Positions 44,535 to 53,668 of a stretch of DNA of 64,000 nt are shown here, piece by piece. The position numbers and the translations under genes are program-made. This DNA is from Thermoguttaceae bacterium. GTDB lineage: Bacteria > Planctomycetota > Planctomycetia > Pirellulales > Thermoguttaceae. The stretch spans positions 24,001 through 88,000 of the forward strand of contig JAQVHZ010000002.1 in the NCBI GenBank assembly GCA_028695965.1, written 5' to 3'. The notes beneath the pieces were generated by a model. It was not told the DNA's origin. It did not search any database and worked only from the letters and a program-made list of their open reading frames with translations. Numbering within the stretch: the first letter of the stretch is position 1; each line of letters starts with the position of its first letter.

Positions 44535-47500
44535 TTATCTCTCCGTTGCAAGGACAACCGGACCGATAAGTCCGGACTTCTTGAGCGGAGATTGCGGCGT
44601 GTAGGTGTTGACGGGGCACCACGTCTTGCGCTCGGCTTCCGGCAATCCGGCGTCGCCAATGAGACGGTTGACCCAGCAGTTAACCACTTCGATTTCCAGC
44701 GTGTTTTTCCCATCTTCAAGGAAGCTGGTAACGTCGAGCCGATAGGGAGCGGTCCACACGCCGCCGACTTCTTTGCCGTTGATTTTCGCTTTCGCCATTT
44801 CACAGACGTCGCCGAAGGACAGGAAGACCTTGCATTTCGGCACGCCGTTGAGTCGGAAAGTGGTCTTGTAAACTGCGGTTCCGGAATAGAACTTGATCGC
44901 GTCGTCTTCGGAGGTCGTCCAGTCGATCAAGGAATCGAACTTAACGACGTCTTTCGGACCGCGCGCAATTTCTCCGGAATCGAAGGAGACGTCCCACGCG
45001 CCGTCAAAGGCGACGAGCGTCTCGAGTTTGACCGCGTTCGATGATGCGGAACCCTTTGTCGCGTCGGTATCTTCTTCAAAGACGACGAAATAGCTTTCTT
45101 GGGCGGCAAAGGAGAGCGGAATCGTCGTTCTTCCGTCTTTGGCGCTCCACGCTTGAACGTCTCGAGTTTCTCCGGTAGCCGGGAACCAGATTTCCGGCTG
45201 TTTTCCGTCGACGCGGAAAGTAACGTCAACGTCGACGAGTTCCTTGTCGTGTTGGTTCGCAATGAAGTAGACGTCGGAGTCTTTCATCGCGCGGCGGCAA
45301 TAGACGAGCCCGGTTTCTTCCGGATATTCGCAGTCAGGCGCGCAATTGACCATCGCGAGCGCTTCTTCCATCGTCAAGCCGGACGCGATCGTGCCTTTTC
45401 CGACTTTGCGGAACTTGACGTTGACGCCGTCGACGTCGCCCCAGAGCGCGTCGGCGAGCGCTTGAACTTCCTTATCGGCTTGCGGGTAGTTTTGTAAGCT
45501 TGGCGAGCGATTCGGTTTCGGTCCAAGGACAAAGGCGCCGTCTTCGACGAGTTCTTTGACGCGCTTGAGAAGTTCCGGACGCATCGTTTCGAGTTTCGGA
45601 AGGACGAGGAGCTTGTACTGCGTGCCATGCGGCAGGGTCAGGAGCCCGTTGTCGTCGACGCTTGTCGTTTCACGAAGGACTTCGCCGTTGATGAAGTCGA
45701 ATTGATATCCGCTTGGAAGGGGCGGATCGCAGACTCCCATCATTTTCGGGCAGTCTTCGCCGATGAAGTAAGCGACGTCGGCGACGTTCAAGCCTTGCTG
45801 CAGCATATAGTTAGCGCGCTTGAGGTACATGACGTACAGGTCGAGCTGCGTGAACCACGTGTTGTGACGATTGAATTCGTTTCCGAACCAAGCGTTAAAG
45901 CCGGGCTTGCGTTCGTCGGGCTGTTGGACGTAGAGGTGGAGCAGGGTGTTGTTGATACCCTCGGAGAAGAACCGGTCGGTCCGCTTCTTCATATTGACGG
46001 GACTGCGTCCGTAAGGATTGCCGGCGCAGGTGTTCGATTCGGACCAGATTTTCGTCTTGCCGTAGATATGCCCGCACGAGGCGGCGATGCGGTTTTCGAC
46101 GTTGCCCAGCTCGCCTTCAGACCAGTATTCGCCCGCGATTTCATTCGACTGACCGCCATACTGGAGCCATTCTCCTGGGAATCCCCAGTGCCCGTAACAT
46201 TCGAGCCAGGTGTGCCTGCCATGTTCGTTGCTCGCGTCGCGCAGACCGCCGACGTAAGAGTAAGCGACTTCGTCGGCGATGAAGCGGCGCAGGTCCCACA
46301 GGAAACGTTCGGAAATGTCAAGGTTGCCCGCGACCGAGCCGTAGAAGACCGGCAGATAAGGCGTGGGGTCGTACCCGAACGACGCTTCAAATTTTTCGGC
46401 GAAATTGTCGGTGAAGTTCTGACCGCCGACTTCGTAACTGTCTTGAACGACCGTCGTGAAGGACTTCATATCCTCTTCCGGGAAGCGTTCGATGAGGTCT
46501 TTCATATACGCGTTGAAGTGCGTGATCGCGTGTTCGCGGCTCATCTTGTCGACTTCATAGCCGGTCGCTTCGGGGACGGCGGGCGCGTTGGTTGTGCCGG
46601 TCGGGACGGCGCCGAAACGAGCGACGATCCAGTCGCCTTCGGGCACGGTCCAAGTCAGAACGCCGTCTTGGAATTTATCGGTCAGGTCGACGACTTGCGA
46701 GGGATCGTATCCGAGCGAATCGTCGGCGCGGTACGCTTCCGGCGCGGCGGGCCATTGGTATTCGGACCAATACGGCTGCGGCGTCTGGTGCATTTTGGCG
46801 AGCGTCTTATCGAAGACGGCGGCGACTTTGGAGGCCCCGCTAATCTCGACGGACGCAAGCGCGGCGGCGCGGTCGCTCTTGACGACGAGCTCAAACGTTT
46901 TGGCGGCCGTGGGCGCAAAGTTTGCCGTAACGGGGGCGTACGGGATAAATCCAACGCTCTTTTCCGGGTTGTAACGGCTGATTTCGAACGCAACTAATTT
47001 CGTCTTTGTATCGCCGTCGACGGCATAGAGTTCCGCTTGTGCGACAAGGGGGGTCGCGCTCGGCGTTACGGTAACCGACGCCATGCTCTTGACGCCTTTG
47101 TTCTCGAAGACGATCGTTTTCGCTTCGCCCGCGGGCAGCGCGAATCCGTCGGCGAAATCGAACTTAAGGATATCGTTGGACCCTTCCGGCGCGGGATACG
47201 CCAAGACTTTCACGTCTTGGTATTCGTGCGGTTTTTCGGCGTTGACAGGCGGCAAATCGAGTTCGCCCTTGAACTCCATGGGACCTTTCAGCGCCTTTTC
47301 GCTGACGACGACGTAACGCATCGCTTCTTTGTAGGAGATCCACGGACCGCCCGATTGGCTCCAGCCGGGCGAATTAAAAATGCCCATTTCGACGCCGATT
47401 TCAGACGCGGTCTTAAACGCGGTGTGAATGATTTCCCACCAATCGTCGGAGAAGAATCGGACCGGACCGGTCGGCACGGCCTCTTGCCCAATGTCGCCGA

Positions 47501-47810
47501 TATACGCGCGATCAATACCGACCGATTTCATGGCGATTAAGTCTTTTCTGGCGCCCTCGCGCGACGAGTTGCCAGAGAGCCAGTACCAATAGGCTCCCGT
47601 GCGAACTTTGTCGACCGGATTTTGGAAATCGGCGAGCAAGGAGTCGCGATCGGGATTCGTCGGCAGTTGGTTGGTTTCCGGCGGCATTTTATGAGAAAAC
47701 GTCAAGTCGTTGGCGCGTTGTCCGTACGACGGCTGCGTTGCGAACGACGATATGCCGAACAACGCCGCTCCAACGAGCATGCTGAGAAGAAAACGACGTC
47801 CTTTAAACAT
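44535..47810 (-). CDS. secreted glycoside hydrolase, GH106-like (alpha-L-rhamnosidase-type) with a C-terminal GH2-type sugar-binding-like domain
   Basis: 1091 aa with a signal peptide. 'FQNPVDKVRTGAYWYWLSGNSSREGARKDLIAMKSVGIDRAYIGDIG' resembles the GH106 N-terminus. C-terminal 'AKINGKEVGGVWTAPYRLDVTSFLEDGKNTLEIEVVNCWVNRLIGD'. Family call from memory. Confidence 0.8.
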   Translation of the reverse strand: MFKGRRFLLSMLVGAALFGISSFATQPSYGQRANDLTFSHKMPPETNQLPTNPDRDSLLADFQNPVDKVRTGAYWYWLSGNSSREGARKDLIAMKSVGIDRAYIGDIGQEAVPTGPVRFFSDDWWEIIHTAFKTASEIGVEMGIFNSPGWSQSGGPWISYKEAMRYVVVSEKALKGPMEFKGELDLPPVNAEKPHEYQDVKVLAYPAPEGSNDILKFDFADGFALPAGEAKTIVFENKGVKSMASVTVTPSATPLVAQAELYAVDGDTKTKLVAFEISRYNPEKSVGFIPYAPVTANFAPTAAKTFELVVKSDRAAALASVEISGASKVAAVFDKTLAKMHQTPQPYWSEYQWPAAPEAYRADDSLGYDPSQVVDLTDKFQDGVLTWTVPEGDWIVARFGAVPTGTTNAPAVPEATGYEVDKMSREHAITHFNAYMKDLIERFPEEDMKSFTTVVQDSYEVGGQNFTDNFAEKFEASFGYDPTPYLPVFYGSVAGNLDISERFLWDLRRFIADEVAYSYVGGLRDASNEHGRHTWLECYGHWGFPGEWLQYGGQSNEIAGEYWSEGELGNVENRIAASCGHIYGKTKIWSESNTCAGNPYGRSPVNMKKRTDRFFSEGINNTLLHLYVQQPDERKPGFNAWFGNEFNRHNTWFTQLDLYVMYLKRANYMLQQGLNVADVAYFIGEDCPKMMGVCDPPLPSGYQFDFINGEVLRETTSVDDNGLLTLPHGTQYKLLVLPKLETMRPELLKRVKELVEDGAFVLGPKPNRSPSLQNYPQADKEVQALADALWGDVDGVNVKFRKVGKGTIASGLTMEEALAMVNCAPDCEYPEETGLVYCRRAMKDSDVYFIANQHDKELVDVDVTFRVDGKQPEIWFPATGETRDVQAWSAKDGRTTIPLSFAAQESYFVVFEEDTDATKGSASSNAVKLETLVAFDGAWDVSFDSGEIARGPKDVVKFDSLIDWTTSEDDAIKFYSGTAVYKTTFRLNGVPKCKVFLSFGDVCEMAKAKINGKEVGGVWTAPYRLDVTSFLEDGKNTLEIEVVNCWVNRLIGDAGLPEAERKTWCPVNTYTPQSPLKKSGLIGPVVLATER

Positions 47811-47987
47811 AACAAAGACCCTTCTGCTAGGTAACGTTGTTAACCTTTGCGCGTTGCGCCAAGGTTGGAATGTCAGTTTGACCGATTATAACAAACGTAG
47901 AATCGAAAAACAAGCGGGTAAATAATTTGAAAAGCGGGTCCGCTATTATTAAAGGGGTGTTATTACGACGCTTTTTTAATAATTTTC

Positions 47988-48016
47988 TTGACGTAGATAT
48001 TTCAGTCGCTTATAAT
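47988..48016 (+). promoter_or_regulatory. sigma70-like promoter candidate
   Basis: TTGACG, 17-nt spacer, TATAAT (perfect -10), ~75 nt upstream of the ATG at 48091. Confidence 0.55.
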
Positions 48017-48090
48017 TGTGTTATAAGGCGTTGCGGCGTCTTGGCCGCACGGTCGAACGTCAGCGTGATAAGAGAGAACGGAGCGCTTAA

Positions 48091-49899
48091 ATGGCCAGAA
48101 AGAATAAAAAATCGAGAAAGAATTCATCGCCTGGCGACAACAGTATGAATTCGCCTAACGTCTACAATATAAATTCGTCCAGCGCCTATAACGCGAATTC
48201 GCAAGGCGTTGAAAGGGAGCCGCAGCAGGCGTCGGCGCTCGATCACGCCGTCATTGAGGAGACGATACGGCGCAAGGCGAATCGCCGCCTGGCGTCTTTA
48301 GACGCGCTTCGCGGCCTCAATATGCTTTTCATTATTGGTCTTGCCAGCTTGATAGCGGCGTGCTGCAGTCTTCATCGGAGCGATTTTCGCGTCTTTGGGG
48401 ACGAAGGCTATGAGGCGGCGACCGCAGTTCGGCAGTTTGTTTCTCCTACTGTTCTCGTCGAAATCAAGAAGCAGATGAGTCATGTCGTTTGGAACGGTTT
48501 ACGCCATCACGATACGATTTTCCCTCTGTTTCTTTTTCTGGCGGGCGTTTCATTTCCTTTTTCTTACCGCAAGCAGTTGGCAAACGGCAGACCGGCTTGG
48601 CGTATCTGTTTGAAAGCGATCATCCGCGGTTTTTCGCTCTTTCTCGCAGGGTTCCTTTATTCGAACGCCGTGCGATTTGATTTTCCGGAAATGCGCTTCA
48701 TGGGGGTCTTGCAGCACATTGGACTTGCGTGGATGTTTGCGGCGTTTATTTATATGGCGTGTTGGCGGCGCGTGAAGCTCCAAGTTGGGATCTGCGCTGG
48801 CGTTCTAATTCTCTACTGGCTGGTTGTCGCGCTTATTCCGGCGCGGGACGTTGCGCCCGATTCCGCGTTTACTGCAAGCGCTTTTAAATCGCGCGCCGCT
48901 CAACTCTTCACTGTTCGCGCTTACGACAAGTACTTTGACGCGTCGTTGGCCGTTGCCGCAAATGGCGCTGACGCTGCGGCGGCTGAAACTGCGGAAGGGC
49001 AGGCGGAAGGAGAATTGGTCGGAGAACAAACTGACGTCGCTGAGCCCGTAGTTGTGGTCAGACATAGCTTAAAGGGGCTTATTGCCGGAATGTTCGACGA
49101 ACAGCCGCTTCCTGAATTTGGGTCGGCAAGTTATCCGGAGGTTGGAACGGTCGACCATAATCTGCTTCCGGAAGGCTGCGTGGTCAATTATATCGACCGA
49201 CAGTTTGTGCCGGGCAAGCTTTATCACGACCGCGACAATCATCGCACGAAGATGAAGAAGGGCGAAGTTGAAACGACTTACGATCCCGGTATTTGGCGCA
49301 ATATGCGCGATCCGGAAGGCTTGGCGTCGACGTTCCCCGCGATCGTAACCGCGCTGCTGGGTATGTTGTTCGGCGGCGTGCTGCGCGCGGACGATTTAAT
49401 CTGCTCGAAGTCGCGCAAATTGCGCTTGCTGTTCGGGTACGGCGCCCTGTTGGTCCTGATTGGGTTCGCATGGCACTTGTATTTCCCAATCAATAAGAAT
49501 TTGTGGAACAGCTCGTTCGTTTGTTTTGTCGGCGGTTGTTCGGCAATTGCAATGGCGATCTCGTATTTGCTCATCGACGTCTGGAGGATGTACTGGCTAG
49601 GGTTCCCATTCGTCGTTGTCGGTATGAACTCGCTTGGAATTTACATGATTACTCGCATCGTCAACTTCACGTCGATGCGCAACTTCTTCTTTGCCGACGC
49701 CATTTCGAGATTCGTTCCGAACGAGTATCCGGATCCGAACTTTGTCGTCGACCCGAGCGTTGCGGATCCGAGCGCCGTTGAAATTCCAATGATAGCGTGC
49801 GACAGTTTCCAAAATATCGCGACAATCTGCGCGGGGCTCATCGTCTCCTGGGTCTTCTTGTTCTGGCTTTATAGGAAACGAATCTTCTTCAAGCTGTGA
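48091..49899 (+). CDS. polytopic membrane protein, HGSNAT/DUF5009-like (heparan-alpha-glucosaminide N-acetyltransferase-like)
   Basis: 602 aa. 'RRLASLDALRGLNMLFIIG' is the family-typical opening after a ~65-aa Asn/Ser-rich extension. At least 10 hydrophobic helices. 'DPEGLASTFPAIVTALLG' lies after a long soluble loop. Confidence 0.75.
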   Translation: MARKNKKSRKNSSPGDNSMNSPNVYNINSSSAYNANSQGVEREPQQASALDHAVIEETIRRKANRRLASLDALRGLNMLFIIGLASLIAACCSLHRSDFRVFGDEGYEAATAVRQFVSPTVLVEIKKQMSHVVWNGLRHHDTIFPLFLFLAGVSFPFSYRKQLANGRPAWRICLKAIIRGFSLFLAGFLYSNAVRFDFPEMRFMGVLQHIGLAWMFAAFIYMACWRRVKLQVGICAGVLILYWLVVALIPARDVAPDSAFTASAFKSRAAQLFTVRAYDKYFDASLAVAANGADAAAAETAEGQAEGELVGEQTDVAEPVVVVRHSLKGLIAGMFDEQPLPEFGSASYPEVGTVDHNLLPEGCVVNYIDRQFVPGKLYHDRDNHRTKMKKGEVETTYDPGIWRNMRDPEGLASTFPAIVTALLGMLFGGVLRADDLICSKSRKLRLLFGYGALLVLIGFAWHLYFPINKNLWNSSFVCFVGGCSAIAMAISYLLIDVWRMYWLGFPFVVVGMNSLGIYMITRIVNFTSMRNFFFADAISRFVPNEYPDPNFVVDPSVADPSAVEIPMIACDSFQNIATICAGLIVSWVFLFWLYRKRIFFKL

Positions 49900-50002
49900 T
49901 CCGAACCTCGCTGGCGTCGGCGCCGCAAGTCGGCGTTTGACGCCTCTTAATAGGGCTTGGTTATTACGGTAAGGCAGGGATGAAGTCCACGGACGCCGAC
50001 AA

Positions 50003-50042
50003 AAAACGCCCAATTTGCGACGATATGCAAATTGGGCGTTTT
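50003..50042. terminator. bidirectional rho-independent terminator between convergent genes
   Basis: AAAACGCCCAATTTGC-gacgatat-GCAAATTGGGCGTTTT. Perfect 16-bp stem including the A/T runs. Confidence 0.7.
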
Positions 50043-50069
50043 CTCGTTCTTGCGGTTAAGGGAAACCGA

Positions 50070-53000
50070 TCACATATCTTTTCCAGAAAGCGCTTTAACG
50101 AATTGTTCGTTGGAAACGTTCGCTGGGAAATACGCGACGTACTCTGCGATCGACGCGTTTAGGTCGACGATAAGCTGAATGTACGCAAGGATTAGTTCGC
50201 GGTTTTTTTCGAGCGTCACGATCGCTGTTTGCGGGTCGGAGTCTAATTCCAACTTGAGCATGACGTCGGGCGAGCCCAATTTAGCGCTAAGGTCTTGCGC
50301 TGTCTTTAAGCGCTCTGGAATGAGCCCGCTGGAGCGGCGCATATTTGCGTTGAAGGTTCGCGGAGAACCGAGGTCGAAATTTTTTCCGCAGAAGGGGACT
50401 GTCGTCGGCACAGGATAGCCGTAGCCGGGCGAAATGTTCATCATGCGGAGCAATTTGATTTGCGTTTCTCGAACTTTCGTCTGAGCGGCGACCATTCTCG
50501 CTTGTGCGCCGAGCGCCTGCGTGGAAACGAATTGGTCGTTCGGAGCGCTTTTCAGCGCGGCAGTATATTGCTGGAGCGCTAAAGTTTCAATTCGGAGCGT
50601 CGCGACCGCGCCTTGAAGTTCCCAGTAGGTTTTCGCAACGTTGTGTCTTACGTAGGGGACGCCCGGGACCCTTGAAAACGCATTAGCGAGCGAGAGCCCG
50701 CGCTCGGAAACGCCGGTCCGGTCGTCTGTTTTCGGCTGGACCGGCGCGAAATAGATTTCAACGACCCGTTGCACGCGCTGGTAGATTTCCGTCTGTTCGG
50801 CGTTTGCCGCTTCCGCATTGGCGGCGTTTCTTTGCGCCGTTTCGTAAGAAGGCAGGCTGTTCTGCGTTCCGGACGGCGCGTAGGAATCGAATTCTTGTTG
50901 TTGAGCTCTGACAATCATCGTTTCGGAAGGTTCGGCGTCGCCGTCGACATTTTCGCCGCGCGATTCTTCGTACATATCCGCATAGAACTTGTCGAGCTCA
51001 TCGTCAAAAGGGCACCAATAGGCTCCGTCGCCGACAGGGGGCGCTGGGACGACAGGCGTCGGAATGTACAAGGGAGCTTCGAATTGCTCGTATCCGGTGA
51101 TGATAATCGGCAGGGAACCGTCTTGATGCGGCTCGGCGCTCTCGGCGACGTTCGGCTGCACGGCCGCGGTCGCTACTGAAGGAGCGCTTGGCGCCGCTTG
51201 ACTGATCTCAGGGCTGTTCATCTCGTTTTCAGCCGCCTCCTTTGCCGCTTCTTCCTCAGCCGCTTTCTTCGCTTGCTCTTCCGCAGCTACTCTTGCGGCT
51301 TCCGCCTCGGCTTCTTTCTTGGCTTGTTCCTCTGCGGCTACTCTTGCTGCTTCCGCCTCAGCTTCTTTCTTGGCTTGCTCTTCCGCGGCTACTCTTGCGG
51401 CTTCTGCCTCAGCGGCTTTCTTGGCTTGTTCCTCCGCGGCTATTCTTGCTGCTTCTGCCTCGGCTTCTTTTTTGGCTTGTTCCTCTGAGGCAACTCTTGC
51501 CGCCTCTTCCTCAGCGGCTTTTTTGGCAGCCTCTTGGTCGGCGGTTTCTATAGGTTTGTCGATCGTGTAACTTACCGGCAAAATCTTGGTCGTCGAGTCG
51601 GCGGTGAAGGAAGCGAGCGCCATACCGGCCTCGGAATCTTCCGGAATCGGTTCGTCAAGGACGCTCGGAGAATCTGACAAGAGCGTAGGAAGGAGCTCGA
51701 TTTGTGCGGCAAGATTTTCAAGATTGGCGTCTTCTGGAATTGAATCGTCGAGAACGCTTGGCGAATCGGGCAAGAGCTCGACTTGCGCGACAAGGCTTTC
51801 AAGATTAACGTCCTCAGGGATCGGTTCGTCAAGAATGCTCGAAGAATCGGAGGTCAGCGCGGAAAGCGGATCTGCTTGCGCTAGGACGTTTTCAACAAGC
51901 GGCGTTTCAGCGCCGTCCAAGATCAAACGGCGTAAAAGAGCGTTTGCATAGTCGGTACGATAATAGGCGTCGGCGAACGCTTCGCGCGCGGGCTCAAGAT
52001 AGTCGAGACCGGGCAGGACCAGCGGGCAATAAGTTACTCGGTTGGCAGGCTGCGGCGCGTTTTGCGCGGGCGGGGGCGTCTGCTGGGGCGCGCCGGTCTG
52101 GGCTTGGGCGCTCGGGAGCTGATTGAGCGTGCCGAGCAGCCGATCCCCTTGCAAACTGCCCTGGACCGTTTCACAAGAGTAAGCGGCAATAGCGCAGTTA
52201 TACTTGATCGCGGCGGCAATGGCTCCTTTTTGCGCGTTGAAGTACCGGTCTGCGGCGGCAAAGAGGGAGACGGCGGTCGCCGACTGCGATTGGAACTCTG
52301 CCTCAAAGAGCGCTTTTTCCGCCGCCGCTTGGGTTGCGCGCGTTTGGAGCGTGTCGTAGAGTAGCGGCAGCAGAACATTGAGCTTGGTCGCTTCGGCGGA
52401 CATTTTGCGCTGCCGCGCCATTTCTTCGTAATTAGTTTTATAGACGCCTGTGGCGGGCGTCGCGGACGGAATATAGAGCGCGACGACTTCCGAGCCAAAG
52501 AACCGCGTCGTCTTGTTGGGCGCGCCCTGGGCGCGGTTCATTGCGGCGCGTCGACCGGCGGGCGTGGAGAACGCGGCGTCGAAATCATATTGCGCCTGTA
52601 AGAAGTCGAGACGCGCGGCGTCGTACTTCTGTTTTGCCCCGCTTTGTGTGGAGACGGCGAGCGCATAGACGGCTGGAGGAAGATTGTCCGAATGCTTATC
52701 GAGGAGCTGAGCAATGCATTTGTTGATATAGCTATGATTTAGCGCGGATAAGACGACGAGCGCGTGTTTGCCCGAGAGATCCCAATATGCGTCGAGACGG
52801 CGCAGACGGTCGGCAGGGGAATAAGCGCCATGAAGTAGCCGTTCAAGCGGAAGGGGTTCTCCAACGACGTCGGTCAGAGCTGCGACCCGAAAGAACGGCT
52901 CGAGCTGAGCGCCGGCGACGTCGGGGCTTTGCTTTTGTGCGGCGGGCTGTTGCTGCGCGGCTGCAGGCGCGTTGAATTGCGGAGCTTGGGCGTCGTTAGG

Positions 53001-53270
53001 CGCGTTTCCCTGCGCGGAAGGGGCCGCGCCCCCGGCGGGCGGAGTTGCAGGCGCTTGCCCCTCGGCGTTCGATCCGACTTCCGGACCGAAGCCCATCTCC
53101 GGAACGGAGTCGTCTTGCGCGAACGAGTTTGCGGTCAACGCGAGCGTCATTCCTGCCAATAGGACGACAAGATGCGTTAATCGCAGAACCGATCGTTGAA
53201 ACGCATTAAGCGTCATATACGAAAGGACGTTTGCAGACGCGGCGAATTTCATAACTGGCTCCCAGACCAA
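50070..53270 (-). CDS. large secreted repeat-containing protein (possibly TolC/outer-membrane-factor-like halves split by low-complexity inserts)
   Basis: 1066 aa. Alternative starts at 53252 and 53216. Signal-like 'RSVLRLTHLVVLLAGMTLALTANSFA'. A/P/Q-rich region, then two kinds of tandem repeat. 'AYWDLSGK' and 'TYWELQGA' in the N- and C-terminal thirds hint at an internal duplication. The functional call is weak. Confidence 0.75.
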   Translation of the reverse strand: MVWEPVMKFAASANVLSYMTLNAFQRSVLRLTHLVVLLAGMTLALTANSFAQDDSVPEMGFGPEVGSNAEGQAPATPPAGGAAPSAQGNAPNDAQAPQFNAPAAAQQQPAAQKQSPDVAGAQLEPFFRVAALTDVVGEPLPLERLLHGAYSPADRLRRLDAYWDLSGKHALVVLSALNHSYINKCIAQLLDKHSDNLPPAVYALAVSTQSGAKQKYDAARLDFLQAQYDFDAAFSTPAGRRAAMNRAQGAPNKTTRFFGSEVVALYIPSATPATGVYKTNYEEMARQRKMSAEATKLNVLLPLLYDTLQTRATQAAAEKALFEAEFQSQSATAVSLFAAADRYFNAQKGAIAAAIKYNCAIAAYSCETVQGSLQGDRLLGTLNQLPSAQAQTGAPQQTPPPAQNAPQPANRVTYCPLVLPGLDYLEPAREAFADAYYRTDYANALLRRLILDGAETPLVENVLAQADPLSALTSDSSSILDEPIPEDVNLESLVAQVELLPDSPSVLDDSIPEDANLENLAAQIELLPTLLSDSPSVLDEPIPEDSEAGMALASFTADSTTKILPVSYTIDKPIETADQEAAKKAAEEEAARVASEEQAKKEAEAEAARIAAEEQAKKAAEAEAARVAAEEQAKKEAEAEAARVAAEEQAKKEAEAEAARVAAEEQAKKAAEEEAAKEAAENEMNSPEISQAAPSAPSVATAAVQPNVAESAEPHQDGSLPIIITGYEQFEAPLYIPTPVVPAPPVGDGAYWCPFDDELDKFYADMYEESRGENVDGDAEPSETMIVRAQQQEFDSYAPSGTQNSLPSYETAQRNAANAEAANAEQTEIYQRVQRVVEIYFAPVQPKTDDRTGVSERGLSLANAFSRVPGVPYVRHNVAKTYWELQGAVATLRIETLALQQYTAALKSAPNDQFVSTQALGAQARMVAAQTKVRETQIKLLRMMNISPGYGYPVPTTVPFCGKNFDLGSPRTFNANMRRSSGLIPERLKTAQDLSAKLGSPDVMLKLELDSDPQTAIVTLEKNRELILAYIQLIVDLNASIAEYVAYFPANVSNEQFVKALSGKDM
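51225..51539 (-). repeat. in-frame 51-bp tandem repeats (~6 units) encoding AEAEAARVAAEEQAKKE
   Basis: Protein aa ~578-682 read 'AAEEEAARVASEEQAKKEAEAEAARIAAEEQAKKAAEAEAARVAAEEQAKKEAEAEAARVAAEEQAKKE...'. The DNA units are near-identical. Confidence 0.85.
51633..51848 (-). repeat. in-frame ~72-bp repeats (~2.5 units) encoding DSPSVLD(D/E)xIPEDxNLExLxAQxELLP
   Basis: Protein aa ~475-546 read 'SSILDEPIPEDVNLESLVAQVELLPDSPSVLDDSIPEDANLENLAAQIELLPTLLSDSPSVLDEPIPED'. Confidence 0.75.
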
Positions 53271-53668
53271 CGAGATCGGCGCGCCGATTCGTTGAAACGT
53301 GCGTATTGCAGAGCAAAAATATTCGTTTATAATTAATCGTCGTTGACAACGCTTCCAACAGAGAGCAGCGTTCGAGGGGTTTTTAGCTTCCCAGCCTCGT
53401 CTCTGCGCCGCGGTTAAAAGCCAATAAACCGCTTATATTATACTCGGGAAATGATTAAAAAGGAATAGTTTTTTGTGAGACTTTAATTGAATAGGGCTAT
53501 TTTTTTCGATTGAGAAAGTCGGTAATAGAGATAATCGCTTTATGCGCTACAATCAGATAAAAGCGAAATGTTTGGCGTTTTGATTTTTGCGTTGAAATGG
53601 CGCGCGATTTGCCTCGTTGTTTTGTCGTTTCTTACAGAAGTATTGTCGTGCGTTTTTAGGAAAGATAT

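Noticed and set aside
45627-46997. 456-aa plus-strand ORF antisense to the GH106-like gene
   Set aside because: Shadow ORF. It is long only because stop codons are rare in this GC-rich frame.
51225-51539. Possible CRISPR-like array suggested by regularly spaced repeats
   Set aside because: The units are contiguous with no spacers and are in frame. They encode a charged helical peptide inside a long ORF. There are no cas genes.
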